Positions 39,883 through 50,166 of a stretch of 64,000 nt of DNA are shown one piece after another (positions within the stretch are counted from its first letter, which is position 1; every line of letters begins with the position of its first letter). This DNA is from Promethearchaeota archaeon. Its GTDB lineage: Archaea > Asgardarchaeota > Lokiarchaeia > Sigyniarchaeales > SOKP01. A program made the position numbers and the translations under genes. The notes under the pieces are model-generated. The model saw nothing but the letters and a program-made list of their open reading frames with translations. It was not told the DNA's origin and made no database searches. The stretch is from contig JBHLNS010000008.1 of the NCBI GenBank assembly GCA_048941285.1, positions 1 through 64,000 on the forward strand, written 5' to 3'.

Positions 39883-40842
39883 TTAGAAGTTGGAATATAC
39901 CATAAATTTATCTCCGGAGCCTAAACTGTAAAGTTCGAATTTACCTCCTCGTTTGGTTTCACAAAACATTTGGATCAAAGGGAATAGGTAAATTTGTGTA
40001 GTTACTTGTGAATCTTTATCTTTAGTATATGTTCTGTAGTCGCTGTTTGCAGCATTTATAGTCTTTTTAATATTTTTATTCCAGTATCCTAATGAGGGTT
40101 CTGCTTTTGATTCTAATTCTTTAAAATCACTAAATTTTATACCTTCCACTTCTTCAATCATCTTGTGGAGATCTTCCCCTATTTCTTTCTCATATTTCGT
40201 TTGTGCACTTGAATGAAGTATAGGGACACCGGTAACGACAGTTTGAAAAGGTACAGGTAGTTCCTCATATTTATAAAGGTTTTTATGGCCTCCACATTCT
40301 TTACACTGCTCGGTTCTGTTTCCAGTACCATAACAAGCCCCACAAGGGTAAGAAAACACTTTTTTCTCTTTTTTTTGTTCTTGGCCAACTAATACTGTAA
40401 GATTTTCTTCAATTTTACCAGTTCCTTTACAAGTTTTGCATTTCTCTTCAATATATCCTTTGCCTCTACAGTTTTTACAAACTACAGCTTGTAGTGATTC
40501 AAACTGAGGTAATATCTCATCTCCTTTCCATTCATCCTTATTTATTTTTCCAGTACCTTTAAATGAATAGAATTGTACTCTTCCTACCCTAGGAGCAGTT
40601 ATAGTATTTTCCTCTTTTCCCTTTGGTACTGGACCAAGTGACTTTTTTACTGCAAAATAAATTGCTGCTTCCTTATTAGTATCTTTTACGTATTCAGCAG
40701 CACTTATAGCATCTAACGAAAAAACTGCTCCTTTTGTTCCAAATTGTTTTTCCATCTTTTTCCTATCTGTCCTAGCCGCTTTTTGTTTCCATTTCTCAAA
40801 AATATCATCTAAATTAGGTGTTTTTATTCTCACATCAGGCAT
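39883..40842 (-). CDS. DnaJ-type CxxCxGxG zinc-finger protein without J domain (SSUH2-like)
   Basis: CKNCRGKG, CKTCKGTG, CGACYGTG, CKECGG; no HPD motif. Confidence 0.7.
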   Translation of the reverse strand: MPDVRIKTPNLDDIFEKWKQKAARTDRKKMEKQFGTKGAVFSLDAISAAEYVKDTNKEAAIYFAVKKSLGPVPKGKEENTITAPRVGRVQFYSFKGTGKINKDEWKGDEILPQFESLQAVVCKNCRGKGYIEEKCKTCKGTGKIEENLTVLVGQEQKKEKKVFSYPCGACYGTGNRTEQCKECGGHKNLYKYEELPVPFQTVVTGVPILHSSAQTKYEKEIGEDLHKMIEEVEGIKFSDFKELESKAEPSLGYWNKNIKKTINAANSDYRTYTKDKDSQVTTQIYLFPLIQMFCETKRGGKFELYSLGSGDKFMVYSNF

Positions 40843-40990
40843 GATTTCTCATTTTTTTTTTTTTAAAATATTGCGTTAACTTTATTTAATTGATTTAGAA
40901 TTATAAAAATATAAAATAGAATAATTTATAATCTTTATATAGAAGATAAATAAAATATAAAACAAATTTAAGAGAAAAGTCGATAATAAA

Positions 40991-41152
40991 ATGTCTGCTG
41001 AAGAACGTCAATCAGTTGAATACTTCTTACAATGGATACAACAGGGCGGATTGGGCCAATGGTTGGAGCATTTCTTAAATCAGGGCGATGAAACAAAACT
41101 TAGACAGATAAAAGAAGTTTATGACAAAATAAAACATGTTTTTGGTTTTTAA
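40991..41152 (+). CDS. 53-aa hypothetical protein (not in ORF track)
   Basis: MSAEERQSVEYFLQWIQQGGLGQWLEHFLNQGDETKLRQIKEVYDKIKHVFGF*; GC-richer than flanks, T-tract downstream. Confidence 0.65.
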   Translation: MSAEERQSVEYFLQWIQQGGLGQWLEHFLNQGDETKLRQIKEVYDKIKHVFGF

Positions 41153-41280
41153 TTTTTAATTTATTTTTATTCTCTAATTTTTATATACTATTTGGGCCTT
41201 CTTATTTGAAAATTAGAAAATTTGATTTGGTCTTTTTAATTTTATTTTATTAGTAGATAATTGCTAAAATGGTTTCGTAA

Positions 41281-43947
41281 TTGAGTGTTAACTTAAGGAA
41301 TTTCTTTATAGTATTTGATAGAAATCGTGAACATAAGAAAGATCTGTTATTTAATGTTAATTTCTTTTATTTAAAATCATTTAAGAAAAAGAAATTTGCA
41401 TTTTCTTACATAAAAGAACCATTTTTCAAGGGAACGGTAATTTTTGGGCCAGATTTTAAAAATAGAATACGTCCTCTAAATTTTAGTAAAATTGAGAAAG
41501 AAGGAAGTTCACAACCAATTAACCCGAGATTACTTAAAAAGTTCATTTTATCAGACAAAAATAAATTTATTGCTTTTTCGAGTCAAACTTCTTCTCAAGA
41601 TGTTTCACCTATCAAAGAAATGCTACAGAATTTTCAATATGATACAGATAAGATTATTAATTTAACCTTATGTAATTCATGTATGGAAAAGAACACCTTT
41701 ACATTATTAAATGAAAATCTTCAAATTAAATCCTACAAAGATCAAATTATTTGTTCTGATTGTGCTTATGAGACTGTTTTAAATAGAATCAAGCTAGCAG
41801 GGCTTATTTCTCAAGAGAAAGTCAGTCCTAAATTAAAGAACTTTTTAATGCACTTAATACTCAAATTTAGGGATATTAGGAAGGTATTGGAAGCATTTAA
41901 AGCAGATTTCAATCCCGTTCGATCTCCTGAGATAACTCTTTATGATATTGAAAAAACTCCTCTAATAAGTAAAAAATTTCTTAATCAAGCAATAGAAGGT
42001 CTAGATATTCCTTTATCTTTTAAAGATATATTGAAAGGATTAAAACTAATTAATTTACTGCCAATCCAAGCAATTTCTATCGAACAAGGCTTATTAACAA
42101 GACGAAACAATCAATTAATTATGGCTCCTACCAGTGGAGGTAAAACATTAATAGGAGAATTAGCTGGAATTTCAAGGGTTTTAAATGAAAAAACCAAAAA
42201 GATGTTATATTTAGTACCAATTGTTGCTTTAGCTAATATTAGAACTGAAGAGTTTAAAGAAAAATATAAATCAATTAAACTGAAAGTTATCAAAAGAGTT
42301 GGAGAATCATTATTTGAGAAAAAAGAAGATGATGACATTAAAGATTTAGCGAATTCACATATTATTATTGCAACATATGAAGCAATTGATTACATATTAA
42401 GAAGTGGGAATAAAGATCTATTAGGAAAAATTGGCACAATCGTAATTGATGAAATTCAAACATTAATTGATCCAGATAGAGGATTTATATTAGATGGTTT
42501 AATCGCTAGGTTAAAAACTCAATACCAATCTCAATTTCTATATTTAAGCGCAACATTAGGAGAACCAGAGTTTTTGGCGAAAAAATTGAATTGTGATCTA
42601 ATAAAATATAATGATCGTCCTGTTCCAGTTGAGCGTCATTTATTACTTTGTTTGAATGAAGCCCAGAAACTAAAATTTATCTCATTATTAATGAAAAGTT
42701 CTTATTCAAAGAAATCTAAATACGGGTTCAAAGGTCAATCAATAGTTTTTACAAATACTCGAAAAAAGTGTGAATCGATAACATCCTATTTGCAATTAAA
42801 AAGCCTTAATGTGGCAGCTTATCATTCAGGTTTAACAAATGATGAAAGAAAAATTATTGAAGATGAATTTCAATCGCAGAAGTTGGCAGGAGTAGTAGCT
42901 ACCGCAGCATTAGCAGCAGGGGTTGATCTTCCAGCTAGGCAAGTAATATTTGAATCTTTAGCAATGGGGATAAATTGGTTAACAGTTGCAGAATTTGAAC
43001 AGATGCTTGGACGAAGTGGTAGATTAAAAAAACATGAAAAGGGTTTAGCTTATATCTTAGTAGAACCTGGAAAGATATATTCACCTAAAATGAAAAATAC
43101 TGAAGAAAATATAGCTATAAAATTATTAAATGGAAGAATCAAAGATTATGAGCTAATACCTAATGAGGATAGATCTCAGACTGAAATTTTAGCATATATT
43201 TCTATGTATAATGAGTGGATTCCAAAAAAAATGGTATTTAATTTTTATAATCATCTAATAAATGAACATTTTAATTTAGAGGAAGTTTTAAAGAAATTAA
43301 TATCTCTTAATTTAGTTCGAATAAAGGAAGATCTGACAGTTAAAACAACGCGATTAGGAAGAGCAATTGCTAATTCATTTTTAAGTGTTGATGATAGTCT
43401 TATAATCATTGAGAAATTACAAAGTAAATCAAAAACTCCTTTAGATATTGCTTTAGATATAGAATCTTTAAGAAATGTATACATATCAAAAAATATTGTT
43501 GCGGATTTATCAAAAAATGTAAATATGAAATATTTTTCAAATAATCTCTTTAGTGCTAGTGTTTTATCTCTAATGAATGCGGAATATGTAAAAAAGAGAA
43601 AATCATTTTCCCGTGATTTTATTGATTTTATAATGAAATTAACTAATGATATATTCAATTGCAATTGTAAAGATAATCCATATTGCGATTGTGGGCGTTT
43701 AAATTTAGAAAAGCTAATCCTTGACTTAAGGATCACCCATAACATGACTATTGAAGAGATTTCTAATTATTTATTAGAAGAATATAAAATCATGGTTTTT
43801 AAAGGGGATCTTATTGATTATTTAGAGAGTTTAATCTATAGTTTGGAAAGCATTAAAAACATCGCAGAAGGTATATCTAATTTAGATGAAGATTTCAATA
43901 ACGAAATTAAAGAAATTCCTAACTTGATTGAGAGCATTAAATATTAA
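41281..43947 (+). CDS. Archaeal Ski2-like DEAD/DEAH helicase (ASH-Ski2, DUF5814)
   Basis: APTSGGKT, IDEIQ, YLSAT, YHSGL, QMLGRSGR; N-terminal CxxC pairs and C-terminal CNCKDNPYCDCG. Confidence 0.9.
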   Translation: MSVNLRNFFIVFDRNREHKKDLLFNVNFFYLKSFKKKKFAFSYIKEPFFKGTVIFGPDFKNRIRPLNFSKIEKEGSSQPINPRLLKKFILSDKNKFIAFSSQTSSQDVSPIKEMLQNFQYDTDKIINLTLCNSCMEKNTFTLLNENLQIKSYKDQIICSDCAYETVLNRIKLAGLISQEKVSPKLKNFLMHLILKFRDIRKVLEAFKADFNPVRSPEITLYDIEKTPLISKKFLNQAIEGLDIPLSFKDILKGLKLINLLPIQAISIEQGLLTRRNNQLIMAPTSGGKTLIGELAGISRVLNEKTKKMLYLVPIVALANIRTEEFKEKYKSIKLKVIKRVGESLFEKKEDDDIKDLANSHIIIATYEAIDYILRSGNKDLLGKIGTIVIDEIQTLIDPDRGFILDGLIARLKTQYQSQFLYLSATLGEPEFLAKKLNCDLIKYNDRPVPVERHLLLCLNEAQKLKFISLLMKSSYSKKSKYGFKGQSIVFTNTRKKCESITSYLQLKSLNVAAYHSGLTNDERKIIEDEFQSQKLAGVVATAALAAGVDLPARQVIFESLAMGINWLTVAEFEQMLGRSGRLKKHEKGLAYILVEPGKIYSPKMKNTEENIAIKLLNGRIKDYELIPNEDRSQTEILAYISMYNEWIPKKMVFNFYNHLINEHFNLEEVLKKLISLNLVRIKEDLTVKTTRLGRAIANSFLSVDDSLIIIEKLQSKSKTPLDIALDIESLRNVYISKNIVADLSKNVNMKYFSNNLFSASVLSLMNAEYVKKRKSFSRDFIDFIMKLTNDIFNCNCKDNPYCDCGRLNLEKLILDLRITHNMTIEEISNYLLEEYKIMVFKGDLIDYLESLIYSLESIKNIAEGISNLDEDFNNEIKEIPNLIESIKY

Positions 43948-45137
43948 GTTATATGTATTTCTACAATATCATAATCTTTTAGTGCATAATCTAATCCAAC
44001 TTTTTTGCGTTTTTGCCTTACTCCTTCACGTATTACAATTGCATGTTCAAAGTTCTCAAAGAAGCTTCTATGAATCTTTTCAGCAACTTCTTTTACGGTT
44101 ACACCCTGTTCCATTAGGAGAGGTTGATCAGCCACTCTTCCACTGCTCATAGTAAATATTCTAATTTTTTTTAGAAATTTTATGATTATCTCACCAAAAT
44201 CTTTTGGGAAATTCTCTTTTTCAAAGCTTGTACCAAGAATTATTGGAAATCTATTTGAATATGTTGTTTTTAACATCTCAAAAGTCTCTTGAGTGTGTGG
44301 AAGATCTCCTTTAGTTCCTAATATAATTACTTTTTTATAAACAATAGAAGGAGTAAGAACATCAATAAGATTATTTATATTAATTTTTCCATATATTTTT
44401 ACAATTCCATTACGAATTCCATTTTCTTTCACAATTTCTTTTATATCTTCTGTTAGCTTATCCAATTCCTCAATTTGTTTTGCTTCCTTAGTCATATATA
44501 AAACCTGAATTTTATTTGCTCCAGTTTTTTCAATAGAAAGAGGGGGAGGGGGTATATTAATTCGAATGTCAGCTCTAGTTAACTCATTTAATAATAAATC
44601 CATCTGTTCTTTAACATTTCGAGATAAGTCTATACAAAAGCATAGTAGATCTGCTGCTCTAAGTTGTGAAAGAATTTCTTTTCCATTACCAATTCCTTCA
44701 GAAGCTCCTTCCATAATTGAGGGCATATCAACAATTTGAAATCTAATTTTTTGATATTTATAAATTCCAATTTCTGGGAGAGGGGTAAACCTACCAATTT
44801 TTTCGTTTGCAGCACCTGTTAAATAATTCAAAAGAGTAGTTTTCCCTACTCCTGGAGTATAATAACTGCTAACTAATATTATTTGAAGTCCTTCCTTTTT
44901 TATTGAAAAAGGACTAACAATCTTCTGGGTACTTTTCTGCTTTATTCTACGTTCCTCTACTTCACGTTTCATCTTTGCTAAACGGGATTTATTTAGAGCA
45001 ACGATTTTTTCAGTAGCTTTATGCTTAGGTACTAGAGACAGAAATTCTTCTAATTTCTTGATTTTTTCTTCTGTTGAATTAGCATCAAGATATTCTTGAT
45101 ATTTTGTTTTTGCAGCAGTTGGTAAATTTGAGCTCAA
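43944..45137 (-). CDS. OBG-family DRG/RBG-like GTPase with TGS domain
   Basis: PKHKATE…PGVGKTT…FT…QIVDMP…TKGD…KIH…KKVGLDYALKDYDIVEIH. Confidence 0.88.
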   Translation of the reverse strand: MSSNLPTAAKTKYQEYLDANSTEEKIKKLEEFLSLVPKHKATEKIVALNKSRLAKMKREVEERRIKQKSTQKIVSPFSIKKEGLQIILVSSYYTPGVGKTTLLNYLTGAANEKIGRFTPLPEIGIYKYQKIRFQIVDMPSIMEGASEGIGNGKEILSQLRAADLLCFCIDLSRNVKEQMDLLLNELTRADIRINIPPPPLSIEKTGANKIQVLYMTKEAKQIEELDKLTEDIKEIVKENGIRNGIVKIYGKININNLIDVLTPSIVYKKVIILGTKGDLPHTQETFEMLKTTYSNRFPIILGTSFEKENFPKDFGEIIIKFLKKIRIFTMSSGRVADQPLLMEQGVTVKEVAEKIHRSFFENFEHAIVIREGVRQKRKKVGLDYALKDYDIVEIHIT

Positions 45138-45159
45138 GACAAAACACTTAGCTATTAAG

Positions 45160-45615
45160 TTAAAATAAAGAACGAAATCTATCTTCTGTTTTTAATTTTA
45201 AATCTCCTAATACTTCATTTATTCGGGTTTCAAATTCTTTGAAATATTTAGGTTTTTTTGAGAATATATCATTAAGAGGATAGCGATTCAGGAAATAGGT
45301 AATGATTTGATTTAACTGGCGTTTAACAACTGACGAATCTGTGGCTTTTTCTATAATAGCATATGACAATAAAGGTTGTTTATTATTTTCATCTTCGGTA
45401 GGTAAATTAACCATCTCACAGTAACATACTAATTTAAAGGACGCAAGGGAGATTACGTTTATATCATCACCGAAAACTTCACTAGTAAAACTTTCTAGTG
45501 CTGTTAAAAATCCTGCACGCAAGTTTGGGTCTAAGACATCATCTGAGGAAGAGTAATATTTGATTTCAACTAAGTTTCTCATGCCTAAATTTATTCCTAC
45601 TTCAAGAACAGCCAT
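45160..45615 (-). CDS. Longin-like domain protein
   Basis: LRAGFLTALESFTSEVFGDDI…YAII…IITYFLNRY…F.EF pattern of Asgard longins. Confidence 0.65.
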   Translation of the reverse strand: MAVLEVGINLGMRNLVEIKYYSSSDDVLDPNLRAGFLTALESFTSEVFGDDINVISLASFKLVCYCEMVNLPTEDENNKQPLLSYAIIEKATDSSVVKRQLNQIITYFLNRYPLNDIFSKKPKYFKEFETRINEVLGDLKLKTEDRFRSLF

Positions 45616-45810
45616 TTTAAAAAAGAATGTCTATATTCTAAAATGTAATTTATTATAATTTTTTATTTCTATTTTTTTTTAAAAACTTTATTTAATATAA
45701 TTTTAATTATTTTTAAAAGGATAAAAGAGCTCATTGAAAATTTTTTTTTGGATTATCCTATTATAACTGATAAATAATGTTGTGATTTAAATGATTAGCT
45801 TATAGAAAAA

Positions 45811-46674
45811 TCAAATAGACTCCATCTGTTTTTTATAAAGAAAAAACGTGTTCTCACAAAGCATCGCAACGGTCATAGGACCTATACCTCCTGGAACAGG
45901 TGTAATTTTTCCGCACTTTTCAAAAACATCTTCAAAATCGATATCACCATATAATTTACCTGCAACTCTATTGATACTGACATCAACAAGAATGGCTCCA
46001 TCTTTAATTTTTTCTTTAGTTATGAAATTTGGTTTTCCAACGGCGACTATTAATATATCTGCTTTTTGGATATAATTGTTGATATTCTTCGTGGAAGTGT
46101 GACATATTGTAACGGTGGCATTTCTTTTCAACAACATAAAAATTAAAGGTTTGCCAACTAAATTTGAACGATTAATAATGACTACATCTTTACCTTTCAA
46201 CTCTATATTATTATTTTCTAATAATGAAATGATACCTTTTGGTGTGCAAGGTGCATGTTCTTCATTATAATCAAATAGTTTTCCTCTTGTAATAGGATTT
46301 AAACCATCTGCATCTTTTATTGGCAAGATTTTCTCTAAAAATTCAGGTGTATAATCTTTTAGATGTTCTGGAAGAGGTATTTGCAATAAAATTCCGTGAA
46401 TATTTGTATTTTTATTAAGCTTATCAATATCTTCTAAAAGTTCCTCCTTTGAAATTTGCTCATCTAACTCAATAATCATGGAATCAATGCCTACACTTTC
46501 ACATGTTCTTTTTTTAATGTTAACATAGACTTTAGATGCAGGATCTTTCCCTACAATTATAGTAGCTAGTTTTGGTCTAATACCGGTTTTTTCAACTGCC
46601 TTTTTAATTTGTTTTTTTAATTCTAAATTTAATTGTTCTGCTAATTTCGTTCCATCCAATATTTTATTATTCAT
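45811..46674 (-). CDS. folD: Bifunctional methylenetetrahydrofolate dehydrogenase/cyclohydrolase
   Basis: ILDG…VGKDPASKVY…HGILLQIPLP…PCTP…RSNLVGKP…TPVPGGIGPMT. Confidence 0.95.
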   Translation of the reverse strand: MNNKILDGTKLAEQLNLELKKQIKKAVEKTGIRPKLATIIVGKDPASKVYVNIKKRTCESVGIDSMIIELDEQISKEELLEDIDKLNKNTNIHGILLQIPLPEHLKDYTPEFLEKILPIKDADGLNPITRGKLFDYNEEHAPCTPKGIISLLENNNIELKGKDVVIINRSNLVGKPLIFMLLKRNATVTICHTSTKNINNYIQKADILIVAVGKPNFITKEKIKDGAILVDVSINRVAGKLYGDIDFEDVFEKCGKITPVPGGIGPMTVAMLCENTFFLYKKQMESI

Positions 46675-46762
46675 AGTATTTCTTGTTTATAATAAAATTC
46701 GAAAGTAAAAAAGGAATAATATTAATATCAAAATATAGTGTTTATTTAAAAAAATATAATAC

Positions 46763-47872
46763 TTAAATTCTTCTTCTTCTCCAAAGAAAAATAGCTATAG
46801 CGATAATTAATCCAATTGAACCTAAAACAATTCCTAAAATAAGGAAATTAAACTCAACCGTCCAGATCTCGTAAAGTAAACTAGATAATAAATTTAGTAT
46901 TTCTAAAGTTTTAAAAGCATAAAAACAAGAGACAACAGAAGAGATTTTTGGTTGAAATTCTCCAGTATTCTCGAAAAATCCGCCATCCTCGAAATTTTGG
47001 TGTTTTAATACCCATAATTGTATTTCACGATTATTTAAAATATTATTATCAATTATTGAAATTGCTTTTACACAATAATATGTACTACTTAATAATGCAT
47101 TTCCAGCTAATTCATTAGGAAGAAATCCTCCATAATTGTGTAAATCGGCAGAATTATTAACATAAAAAGACTTTAGATATGCTAATGTGCTATCAATATT
47201 AATTAAATCATGAATATCTCCAAACCTTTCATCATCTAGAATAAATACTGCAAAACTTGTATCAAGATATGTAGATAATGAGGTTTCATTCCCTCCATAT
47301 CCACCATCAGGATTATTGCATGAAAGAACCCAATTTTTATGAATTGATACATTTAAAATAGGTTGTTCTATTAGCGCGTAAATTTGTATGGCATAAAACG
47401 TTGAACTTATGGTTGGTAAACCAGTTGTGTTTGAAAAAGAAAAACCCCCACTTATTTGAGCAATATTATTTAGATAGTTATAAATTCTATTTGATAGACT
47501 TGAGTCAATGGTGTACTCTAATAGATTTAGTGAATTTAATAGATAATATAAGTTATATATATTTATTCGAGTACTATCAAACATGTCTTCAATTTTTCCT
47601 TCTAAATGAGTCTCTAAAGTGTCATCACTTTTGGGATTTCTTCCCAAATTATTTAATAAATACAAAGCATAAGCTGTTGCTTCAAAAGAAACTAAATCAC
47701 CACTAGGATCATCCATAATGGCATTGGAAAAGCCTCTTCCTTCAATTTCAGTATCTAATATAAAATCTGCTAAATATGATTGGCGTGTTTTTCCTAATAC
47801 GTTCGGAATTGTATTTACTGTGAAAAATAATATGAGCGTAATTATGATAAAATTCCGATATTTATATTTCAA
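46763..47872 (-). CDS. Prenyltransferase/squalene-cyclase repeat protein with signal peptide and C-terminal TM anchor
   Basis: Repeats GGFSF, NPDGGYGG, NYGGF, QNFEDGGF; hydrophobic N-terminus; C-terminal TM + WRRRRI. Confidence 0.8.
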   Translation of the reverse strand: MKYKYRNFIIITLILFFTVNTIPNVLGKTRQSYLADFILDTEIEGRGFSNAIMDDPSGDLVSFEATAYALYLLNNLGRNPKSDDTLETHLEGKIEDMFDSTRINIYNLYYLLNSLNLLEYTIDSSLSNRIYNYLNNIAQISGGFSFSNTTGLPTISSTFYAIQIYALIEQPILNVSIHKNWVLSCNNPDGGYGGNETSLSTYLDTSFAVFILDDERFGDIHDLINIDSTLAYLKSFYVNNSADLHNYGGFLPNELAGNALLSSTYYCVKAISIIDNNILNNREIQLWVLKHQNFEDGGFFENTGEFQPKISSVVSCFYAFKTLEILNLLSSLLYEIWTVEFNFLILGIVLGSIGLIIAIAIFLWRRRRI

Positions 47873-48029
47873 TTAAAAGTACCTGATTCTGATTGATTAA
47901 AATTTAATTTGTTAAATATATCTTGAAATTAAAAATTAACTATATGTTTAATGAACTTAAAGTGATATTTCAATTTTTTACTATTTATATAGAGTTATAA
48001 ATTAAAAAACTGATATTTTAAACATTTAG

Positions 48030-49550
48030 TTAAAGAATTTCACTAATATCTCTATATAATAATTCTCTATTAACTTGAAATTGATCATATGTGATAAAGA
48101 GTTTTCGAAAGGATCCTAAACTTCCAAGTATTGCCGCTCCATTAAAAATAGCATATTGAAGATTATCGGGTATAAAAAATTTGAGTACTTTGCTTGCTGA
48201 TTTAATCGATTCAGAGAATTCCTGGGCTGGTGATTTTTCTTTTAACTTTTTTGGTAGATTACTTGTCTCTAAAGTTTCTATTGGTTTTCCACAATATGGG
48301 CAAAATAGTGATTCTGAGTCAGGAAGATCCTTACTGCAATAGGGGCATTTTACTACTTTGATCTTTTGTTTACTATCATCTATTTCACCAATCTTAATCT
48401 CTGGTAAGACTAATACTCCTCCACATGAGGGACATACATTTTTTCCATCACTGAGATCTATAAATGCTCCACAGTGAGGGCAAGTATCCTCTTTCTTTTT
48501 TGAAATTTCAACGGCTTGGAGCTTGATTAGTTCGCTTTTAACAGCAGAAAGAGGTGTGACTGGTTTTGGAATAGATCCTAATTCAGGAAGTCCTAATTCT
48601 AACTCTGTTTCAAAGCGTTCTTGAAAGCCAGAATAGGAAAGATTGCCTCCTGAAAAAACTATATGAGATAAAAGATCATACCAATATAAACTATCTATAT
48701 TTCTCAAACTAGCGATAATCGCTTGAGGGATATTCATAACATTACTGTAACCTAGCATTGCAGGATTGAATAATACTTCCGGAGCTTGATAAAGAATGTA
48801 AGTTGGAACCTTTATTGTTGAACCATCAGGCATTGGAACACTAAACATATCTCCTGTCTTCATAGACTTATTGGCGTCTAAAACAAAATAACAATTCTTC
48901 TCTTTAATTTCTTGTAAAATTTCATCTGCGGCACTAGATGCGATACTAACACCTTCTCTCATTAAAAGGCTTTTTAAATTTTGATTTACATCAATTCCAG
49001 CAAGAGGAAGCTTCTGAACTGCATGTTGAACAATTGTCCCGTTTATTATTGGGGCAATCCAAGTTAAACCATCTCCCGATTCGATAACCATACCTGTTGT
49101 TAGACCAACACTAAATAAGGATAGTAGCGGTGTTGGCATCATTATCAGACTGTTAACTCGGTGGGTTTCAAAGAAAACTCTAGCAATGTATTCTTTTGTT
49201 TCTTTATGCATAAAAGGAGATTCGCAATAGAACACTGGATATTGAGAAAGATCTTCAATTCTAAGTAGTGAATAAAAAATGTAATTCAATATTTCATAAT
49301 AGCTATCCCAATCCATGATATTACCTCTTTCGATTGGATGTTTAATTTTTAGTACACCCCGCATTCGAGAAACATCATTTCCAACATATATACTACGAGC
49401 ACTTACATCAACCATAACAGATTTATATTTCTCAGTGCCAGTAATACAAGGAAACACAAATCTTGGTCCAGGTTCTCCTGCAAATCCGATTTTGACGTAT
49501 GCTGATCCCATATCAATTATGATAGGTGTTCCAGGTAAAGGCAGTGCCAT
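48030..49550 (-). CDS. Actin-related protein with double zinc-ribbon insertion
   Basis: IIIDMGS.YVKIGFAGE..PRFVFP, HPIERG.I.DWD, ESGDG, IKEK.CY, PDG, PEVLFNP, SGG, GAAILGSL; four CxxC inserted near the C-terminus. Confidence 0.92.
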   Translation of the reverse strand: MALPLPGTPIIIDMGSAYVKIGFAGEPGPRFVFPCITGTEKYKSVMVDVSARSIYVGNDVSRMRGVLKIKHPIERGNIMDWDSYYEILNYIFYSLLRIEDLSQYPVFYCESPFMHKETKEYIARVFFETHRVNSLIMMPTPLLSLFSVGLTTGMVIESGDGLTWIAPIINGTIVQHAVQKLPLAGIDVNQNLKSLLMREGVSIASSAADEILQEIKEKNCYFVLDANKSMKTGDMFSVPMPDGSTIKVPTYILYQAPEVLFNPAMLGYSNVMNIPQAIIASLRNIDSLYWYDLLSHIVFSGGNLSYSGFQERFETELELGLPELGSIPKPVTPLSAVKSELIKLQAVEISKKKEDTCPHCGAFIDLSDGKNVCPSCGGVLVLPEIKIGEIDDSKQKIKVVKCPYCSKDLPDSESLFCPYCGKPIETLETSNLPKKLKEKSPAQEFSESIKSASKVLKFFIPDNLQYAIFNGAAILGSLGSFRKLFITYDQFQVNRELLYRDISEIL

Positions 49551-49649
49551 TTTTTATCACTATTTTTTTTTTATTTTTTTTTTAATAATAATCTAAATTT
49601 ATGATTTTTATAATTACTTTATAGAATTTAAAAATAAGAATTCTTTTAA

Positions 49650-50075
49650 TTATTTTTTTATATATTTAAGCAGAGTTTTGAGGATCTCTTTTTGCATAAC
49701 TAATCCAATAAGTTCATTATTTTCATTTATAACAGGTAATCGTTGTACTTTTTTATTGAACATTATCTCTAAAACATAAATTAATGTGTCATTTTCTTTT
49801 ACAACGAAAGGTTCTGGAGTCATTAAGTCCTTGACAAGTGTATTAGGTGAGTCTAGACTCATCGCAAATCTTGCAAGACGTATATCTCTCTGTGTAATTA
49901 TTCCAATTAATTTCTTATCCTTGCGATCCTTAACAATTGGAAGGCCTCCAATATTTTTTCTAATCATTAATAGTTCAGTAGCACTAATTTTTTCATTTGG
50001 AAATGAATATAGCGGATCTTTTATCATTATCTCAGATACTTTTATATTACCTAATTTTTTTAAGCAATCTTCCAT
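49650..50075 (-). CDS. CBS-domain pair protein
   Basis: VSEIM…GGLPIV…LIGIITQRDI…VKDLMT…RLPVI…LIGLV. Confidence 0.9.
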   Translation of the reverse strand: MEDCLKKLGNIKVSEIMIKDPLYSFPNEKISATELLMIRKNIGGLPIVKDRKDKKLIGIITQRDIRLARFAMSLDSPNTLVKDLMTPEPFVVKENDTLIYVLEIMFNKKVQRLPVINENNELIGLVMQKEILKTLLKYIKK

Positions 50076-50166
50076 CTTAATACCCCAAATTCGACTTAAT
50101 TATTCAAAAATCTTTATTAGAAGTTTTTTATGGAAAGTAATCAATATGAAAATTAAAGTTTAATTA

